Assembly (NCBI GenBank): GCA_040767605.1
Contig: JAXGOI010000001.1
Location: forward strand, 726,814 to 790,813
Reading direction: 5' to 3'
DNA length: 64,000 nt
Origin: Clostridiales bacterium
Lineage (GTDB): Bacteria; Bacillota; Dehalobacteriia; UBA4068
Positions 59,896-64,000 of the stretch are shown one piece after another. A model generated the notes under the pieces. It saw nothing but the letters and a program-made list of their open reading frames with translations. It was not told the origin of the DNA and ran no database searches. Position 1 is the first letter of the stretch. Every line of letters begins with the position of its first letter. The translations under genes and the position numbers were made by a program.

Positions 59896-61263
59896 TTATT
59901 CGGCTTCTGTTTGTTCTTCCGCCTTTTTCTCCGTAACGGAAGAAGTTACTTCCCCTAAAACAAATTCTTCGCTTATAACAGCATTATTATAAATAAGCTC
60001 TTCGGCCTTCATCATTTTTATCCCCTGGGCAATGGTATCCATGGCATTATTCTTCTCTAAGGCCTCCCGGATTTTATCCACGGGCTGCCAATACTGGGCC
60101 GCCATTTTTTCAATATGCTTATCTATATCCTCTTGGCTTACATCAATATCTTCCGCTTTTGCAATAGCCTCTAAAACTAAATCGGTTTTAACATCGTGAA
60201 GAGCCTGGGGAGTATATTGCTGGCGGAGCTGCTCTTCCGTTACTTTGGCATACTGCATATACATATCAAAGCTTAGGCCCTGGCTTTGGAGGCGATGCTC
60301 CATTTCAGCCAAAATATTCTCCACACGGGAATCTACCATTACCTGGGGTATATCCATTTGGGCATTTTCCACCGCTTTTTTTACAACCTGGGCTTTAGCG
60401 GCCTCTTCCGAGTTATGGTCCATACGGGCCTGCATTTTTTCTTTTATTTCAGCTTTAAGCTGTTCTAAAGTATCGGAATTCTCACTTATTTCTTTAGCTA
60501 AATCATCATTAAGCTCCGGAAGCTCCTTATGCTTAACACCTTTAATCTCTACCTTAAAGATAGCTTCCTTGCCGGCCAGAGATTTTTCCTGATAATCCTC
60601 GGGAAAAACAACAGTAACATCCTTTTTATCCCCTGCGGCAAGGCCTATTAATTGCTCCTCAAAACCGGGTATAAAGGTATTAGAGCCTAAAACCAGGCTG
60701 TAATCGGCGGCTTCTCCCCCGGGGAAAGCCTCTTCCCCTAAAAAGCCTTTAAAATCTAATACGGCGGTATCTCCGGATTTTAAGGCGGCCCCTTCGGGAG
60801 CGTCTACAAGCTTGGCAAGCCGGCTCCGGGATTTTTCTATTTCTTTTTCAACCTCGGCATCCCCTATGGTAAGGGTTTTTTTCGAGGCCTCAAGACCGCG
60901 GTATTCCCCTAAAACAATTTCCGGCTTAACCGTTACTGTGGCGGTGTAAATCAGGGGTTTATCCTTTTCCATCTGTTTAATCTCCACCTGGGGATGGCAA
61001 ACCGGGTGGAGGTCATGCTTTTTAACCGCCTCCATATAGCTTTTGGCTACCGTGCCCTGGGCGGCCTCTTCTAAAATGGCTTCCATACCCACATGATTTT
61101 CTAAAACAGATTGCGGCACTTTGCCTTTTCTGAAGCCGGGAATATCTACTTTATTGGCAATTATTTTGCCGGCCAATTTAATATCAATTGCCATTTCCTC
61201 ATAGGGTACCTCAATTTCAAGGATTACCTGATTTTTTTCACCATCTTTAAGCTGAGAATTCAT
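59896..61263 (-). CDS. tig: Trigger factor
   Basis: Ribosome-binding N-domain (GFRKGKVP). FKBP-like PPIase and C-terminal domains. 455 aa. Confidence 0.95.
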   Translation of the reverse strand: MNSQLKDGEKNQVILEIEVPYEEMAIDIKLAGKIIANKVDIPGFRKGKVPQSVLENHVGMEAILEEAAQGTVAKSYMEAVKKHDLHPVCHPQVEIKQMEKDKPLIYTATVTVKPEIVLGEYRGLEASKKTLTIGDAEVEKEIEKSRSRLAKLVDAPEGAALKSGDTAVLDFKGFLGEEAFPGGEAADYSLVLGSNTFIPGFEEQLIGLAAGDKKDVTVVFPEDYQEKSLAGKEAIFKVEIKGVKHKELPELNDDLAKEISENSDTLEQLKAEIKEKMQARMDHNSEEAAKAQVVKKAVENAQMDIPQVMVDSRVENILAEMEHRLQSQGLSFDMYMQYAKVTEEQLRQQYTPQALHDVKTDLVLEAIAKAEDIDVSQEDIDKHIEKMAAQYWQPVDKIREALEKNNAMDTIAQGIKMMKAEELIYNNAVISEEFVLGEVTSSVTEKKAEEQTEAE

Positions 61264-61364
61264 TTTATTCCTCCTTATTTATGCCTCGCTCTTTTATAGG
61301 TAAAGAGCATTAAACTGTTACTTTCTACATACTTTTTACATTTCCTGCCAAAACATACAAGAAA

Positions 61365-61385
61365 ATCCCCCTGCCAACGGGGGAT
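61365..61385 (-). terminator. Rho-independent terminator after the tRNA-Leu/tRNA-Gly pair
   Basis: Minus-strand ATCCCCC-gttggc-AGGGGGAT followed by TTTCTTGT. Confidence 0.6.
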
Positions 61386-61397
61386 AAAATAACCCTA

Positions 61398-61472
61398 TGG
61401 AGCGGGCAAAGGGATTTGAACCCTCGACTTCGACCTTGGCAAGGTCGCACTCTACCGCTGAGTTATACCCGC
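61398..61472 (-). tRNA. tRNA-Gly (anticodon GCC)
   Basis: Cloverleaf folded by hand. Acceptor GCGGGTA/TGCCCGC, anticodon loop TTGCCAA, T-loop GGTTCAAAT, 3' CCA encoded. Confidence 0.9.
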
Positions 61473-61478
61473 AAAGAC

Positions 61479-61560
61479 TGGTGCGGGAGAAGGGACTTGA
61501 ACCCCCACGGTTTCCCGCCAGATCCTAAGTCTGGTGCGTCTGCCATTCCGCCACTCCCGC
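61479..61560 (-). tRNA. tRNA-Leu (anticodon UAG), type II with extended variable arm
   Basis: Acceptor GCGGGAG/CTCCCGC, anticodon stem CCAGA/TCTGG, loop CTTAGGA, variable arm CGGGAAACCGTG, T-loop GTTCAAGT, 3' CCA encoded. Confidence 0.85.
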
Positions 61561-61921
61561 CTTCTCCAATCGCCGCAAAAATAATTTTAACATATTTATT
61601 TTTTATCGTCAAGCAAATAGATAGTTGGCGGCCCGGCTATATTAGGCTTTCCTTTCTCAGCCCCTAAAGCTTTAACAGCCTCTTTTTTCTCTTAAAAAAT
61701 TAAGGCGCTTTTTAATCTAAAACAGAGCTATAAAATAAAACCCAAAGCCCACTCTTTATTTTAAGCCTTTTTGGCCTAAAAATACCCTTGACATTAAGGC
61801 AAAACCAGAGAGTATACTTAATTTGGCTTAATTTACCTTTACTTATTCTTATCTAATTATTCTTATTTATAATTTAAATCGTCTGGAGCCTTTGAGCTAA
61901 AATTTTAAAGGAGCTGATAAA

Positions 61922-63121
61922 ATGGCGGAAGAAATCTTAAACAAGGCGGAAAAGGATTTGCTTTCAAAAATCGATGAAAAAGAATTAATTAATTTTTTAC
62001 AAAAAGCTGTTCAAAGCAATAGCGAAAACCCCCCGGGGAATGAAAAGGAAATTGCCTTTCTCTTTAAGGAAAAACTGGAGAGCCTGGGCCTTAAGGTGCA
62101 AATGCAGGAGGTTGAAAAAGACCGCTTTAATGTAATTGCCCTCCTCCCCGGGGAAAGCCATGAAGAGCTGCTTTTTAACGGCCATTTAGATACCGTTAAA
62201 ATCGGAACCCCGGGTAATTGGACAAAAGACCCTCTTGGGGCGGAGATTTTTGAAAATAAGCTTTATGGCAGGGGCTCCTGCGATATGAAATCCGGCCTTT
62301 CGGCCATGGTTTTTGCTCTGGAGGCTTTGGTAAAAAGCAATCTTCCCCGTAAAAAAAGTATTTTATTTACAGCGGTTATTGATGAAGAGGTTTATTTTAA
62401 AGGAACTCAGGCCTTAATTGATGCCGATATTTTAAAAAACTGTACCAGGGCCTATATAAGCGAGCCTACTTCTTTAGGTATAGCCAGCTGCCTGCAGGGT
62501 GCCGCGGAATTTACCGCCAGGGTATACGGTAAATCCGCCCATTCCGGCATGGCGGAACTGGGTATAAACGCTATATTTCATATGAATAAAATTATTTCTG
62601 CCCTGGAGGAATACCATCTTTCTTTAGAGCAAATAGGGGACCGCCTGGGCCTGGGGGTTAACCCCTCCCTTAATATCGGCAAAATCCAGGGGGGCACCGG
62701 GGTAATTTTAGTGCCGGATTATTGCCAAATAGAATTTGACCGTCAGGTTTTGCCCGGCGAGAATATGGAGGAAGTTATTGCCGAAATAGAAAATCTGTTT
62801 AAAAGGGTTTGCCAAAAAGAAGGCATTAAGGGAGAGCTGATTTGCAATCAATATTTTAGCAGCTGGCAGGTATCAAAGGAACACCCTGTTGTTAAAGCCT
62901 TGGAAAGCTGCCATAAAAAAGCCACCGGGAACCCTGCTGCGGAAATGATGTTTAGAGCCTATTGCGAGGTGGAAATGGTAGATAGGCTGAATATTCCCGG
63001 GGCTGTTTACGGCCCGGGTAATATTTTACAGGCTCATAGGCCCGATGAATTTGTTAATATTGATGAGGTTATAAGCGCGGCCAAGACTTATGCTTTACTG
63101 GCATATGATTTTGTTAAATAG
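61922..63121 (+). CDS. M20-family metallopeptidase (ArgE/DapE-like deacylase)
   Basis: Metal-ligand motifs HLDTV, GRGSCDMKSG and DEE. 399 aa. Confidence 0.8.
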   Translation: MAEEILNKAEKDLLSKIDEKELINFLQKAVQSNSENPPGNEKEIAFLFKEKLESLGLKVQMQEVEKDRFNVIALLPGESHEELLFNGHLDTVKIGTPGNWTKDPLGAEIFENKLYGRGSCDMKSGLSAMVFALEALVKSNLPRKKSILFTAVIDEEVYFKGTQALIDADILKNCTRAYISEPTSLGIASCLQGAAEFTARVYGKSAHSGMAELGINAIFHMNKIISALEEYHLSLEQIGDRLGLGVNPSLNIGKIQGGTGVILVPDYCQIEFDRQVLPGENMEEVIAEIENLFKRVCQKEGIKGELICNQYFSSWQVSKEHPVVKALESCHKKATGNPAAEMMFRAYCEVEMVDRLNIPGAVYGPGNILQAHRPDEFVNIDEVISAAKTYALLAYDFVK

Positions 63122-63247
63122 GCTTTTTGCCTAATTACACCTAAGCATATACCAAAAAGTTTAAATAAAAACCGCCGAATAATCAAAATTATATTAAAGG
63201 CCAATATAAATGATTTTGGCTAAGAATTTTACCAAATAAAATAAAAT

Positions 63248-63277
63248 AAAAAAGCCAGCTTATATAAGCTGGCTTTT
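63248..63277. terminator. Bidirectional terminator (after tRNA-Lys on the minus strand; distal to M20 gene on the plus strand)
   Basis: AAAAAGCCAGCTTATATAAGCTGGCTTTTT, a perfect palindrome with A/T runs on both sides. Confidence 0.65.
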
Positions 63278-63353
63278 TGGTGAGCCATCGGCGACTCGAA
63301 CGCCGGACACCCTGATTAAAAGTCAGGTGCTCTACCTGCTGAGCTAATGGCTC
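63278..63353 (-). tRNA. tRNA-Lys (anticodon UUU)
   Basis: Acceptor GAGCCAT/ATGGCTC, anticodon loop CTTTTAA, T-loop TTCGAGT, 3' CCA encoded. Confidence 0.9.
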
Positions 63354-63423
63354 GCACAGTTAAATATTTTACTATACTTTATTAACCTTGTCAATAAAAT
63401 TCTTCTCTTGGCAAATAAAAATA

Positions 63424-63444
63424 AAGCCGCCTTTAGGCGGCTTT
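63424..63444 (-). terminator. Rho-independent terminator after purA
   Basis: Minus-strand AAAGCCGCC-taa-AGGCGGCTTT followed by TTATTTTT. Confidence 0.6.
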
Positions 63445-63457
63445 AAAATTCTTAGCT

Positions 63458-64000
63458 TTAATAGAGCTCGTTTACAACAATAGTTTCTCCTCTTTCGGGG
63501 CCAACTGCAACAATATTTATTTTTACCCCGCAAAATTCCTCAATTCTTCTCAGGTATTTTTTGGCATTCTCCGGCAATTCTTCTATAGAGCGGCACTTTG
63601 TAATATCCTCATTCCAGCCGGGGAGGCTTTCATAAACCGGGGCGCATTCCGCCAAAATTTCCAAATCCCCGGGGAAGTTCTCTAAAACCTTATCCCGGTA
63701 TTTATAAGCCACGCAAAGCTTAAGCTCTTTTAAACCGCTTAAAACATCCAGCTTTGTAATGGCTAAATCTGTTAAGCCGTTTATCATCGCGCTATAACGC
63801 AAAACTATTCCGTCCAGCCAGCCGCAGCGGCGGGGCCTGCCTGTTGTGGTTCCAAATTCATGGCCCTTATCCCTAATGGCGCTCCCGGTGGCATCTAATA
63901 ATTCCGTGGGGAAGGGGCCATCCCCAACCCTTGTTGTATAGGCCTTAACTATACCCAACACTCTGTTGATTTTTGTCGGCCCCACCCCGGCGCCGGTGCA
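63458..64000 (-). CDS. purA: Adenylosuccinate synthetase (partial; N-terminus beyond window end)
   Basis: C-terminal PurA sequence (…[14 protein letters not shown]…[12 protein letters not shown]). The ORF is open at the window edge. Confidence 0.9.
   Translation of the reverse strand, partial: CTGAGVGPTKINRVLGIVKAYTTRVGDGPFPTELLDATGSAIRDKGHEFGTTTGRPRRCGWLDGIVLRYSAMINGLTDLAITKLDVLSGLKELKLCVAYKYRDKVLENFPGDLEILAECAPVYESLPGWNEDITKCRSIEELPENAKKYLRRIEEFCGVKINIVAVGPERGETIVVNELY

Noticed and set aside
59887-59904. Hairpin AAGCCG-cttatt-CGGCTT as the tig terminator
   Set aside because: It encloses the tig stop codon and is followed on the coding strand by an A-rich tract, not a U-rich one. It is not a convincing intrinsic terminator.
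61416-61667. Plus-strand 83-aa ORF
   Set aside because: It overlaps the tRNA-Gly and tRNA-Leu genes on the opposite strand and is Pro/Arg-rich with no RBS. It is spurious.

Overview
The window is a 64-kb chromosomal segment from a low-GC, Firmicutes/Clostridia-like genome. Gene content and synteny (tig-clpP-clpX-lon-ysxC, rplU-rpmA-obg-nadD-yqeK-rsfS, mreBCD-PBP2-minCDE-rodA) support that placement. It is densely coded and almost all on the minus strand, apart from two plus-strand blocks. Gene order from start to end: (1) a type IV pilus (T4P) assembly cluster, pilB (partial), pilO, pilN, pilM, pilC, pilT, a LysM plus multi secretin-N-domain protein with no secretin pore domain, and a PilP-like membrane protein; (2) rubrerythrin; (3) a nine-gene V/A-type ATPase operon (ntp/atp HIKECFABD order); (4) a large membrane GAF-GGDEF-EAL c-di-GMP protein; (5) an oxidative/nitrosative-stress neighbourhood containing a Crp/Fnr regulator, a superoxide-reductase-like protein, a Prx6-type peroxiredoxin, thioredoxin, and a second Crp/Fnr regulator (HcpR-like) divergent from a ferredoxin-hcp operon; (6) rplY/ctc, ilvA, rsfS, yqeK, nadD, obg, rpmA, rplU and RNase G; (7) a TIGR03960/TIGR03936-type radical SAM pair, a degenerate M23 protein, a stand-alone homocysteine methyltransferase domain, rodA, minCDE, PBP2, mreBCD, maf, folC and valS; (8) ysxC, lon, clpX, clpP, tig, tRNA-Gly, tRNA-Leu, an M20 peptidase, tRNA-Lys and purA (partial). 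I found no mobile elements, CRISPR arrays or obvious defence systems. The four most unusual observations are the outer-membrane-less PilQ-N/PilP-like pair in the T4P cluster, two housekeeping genes (rng and maf) with perfect 15-bp tandem repeats encoding Asn-rich pentapeptide N-terminal extensions, a MinC reduced to its C-terminal domain, and the redox-stress gene neighbourhood. All calls rest on reading the translations and sequence by eye. No database search was run.
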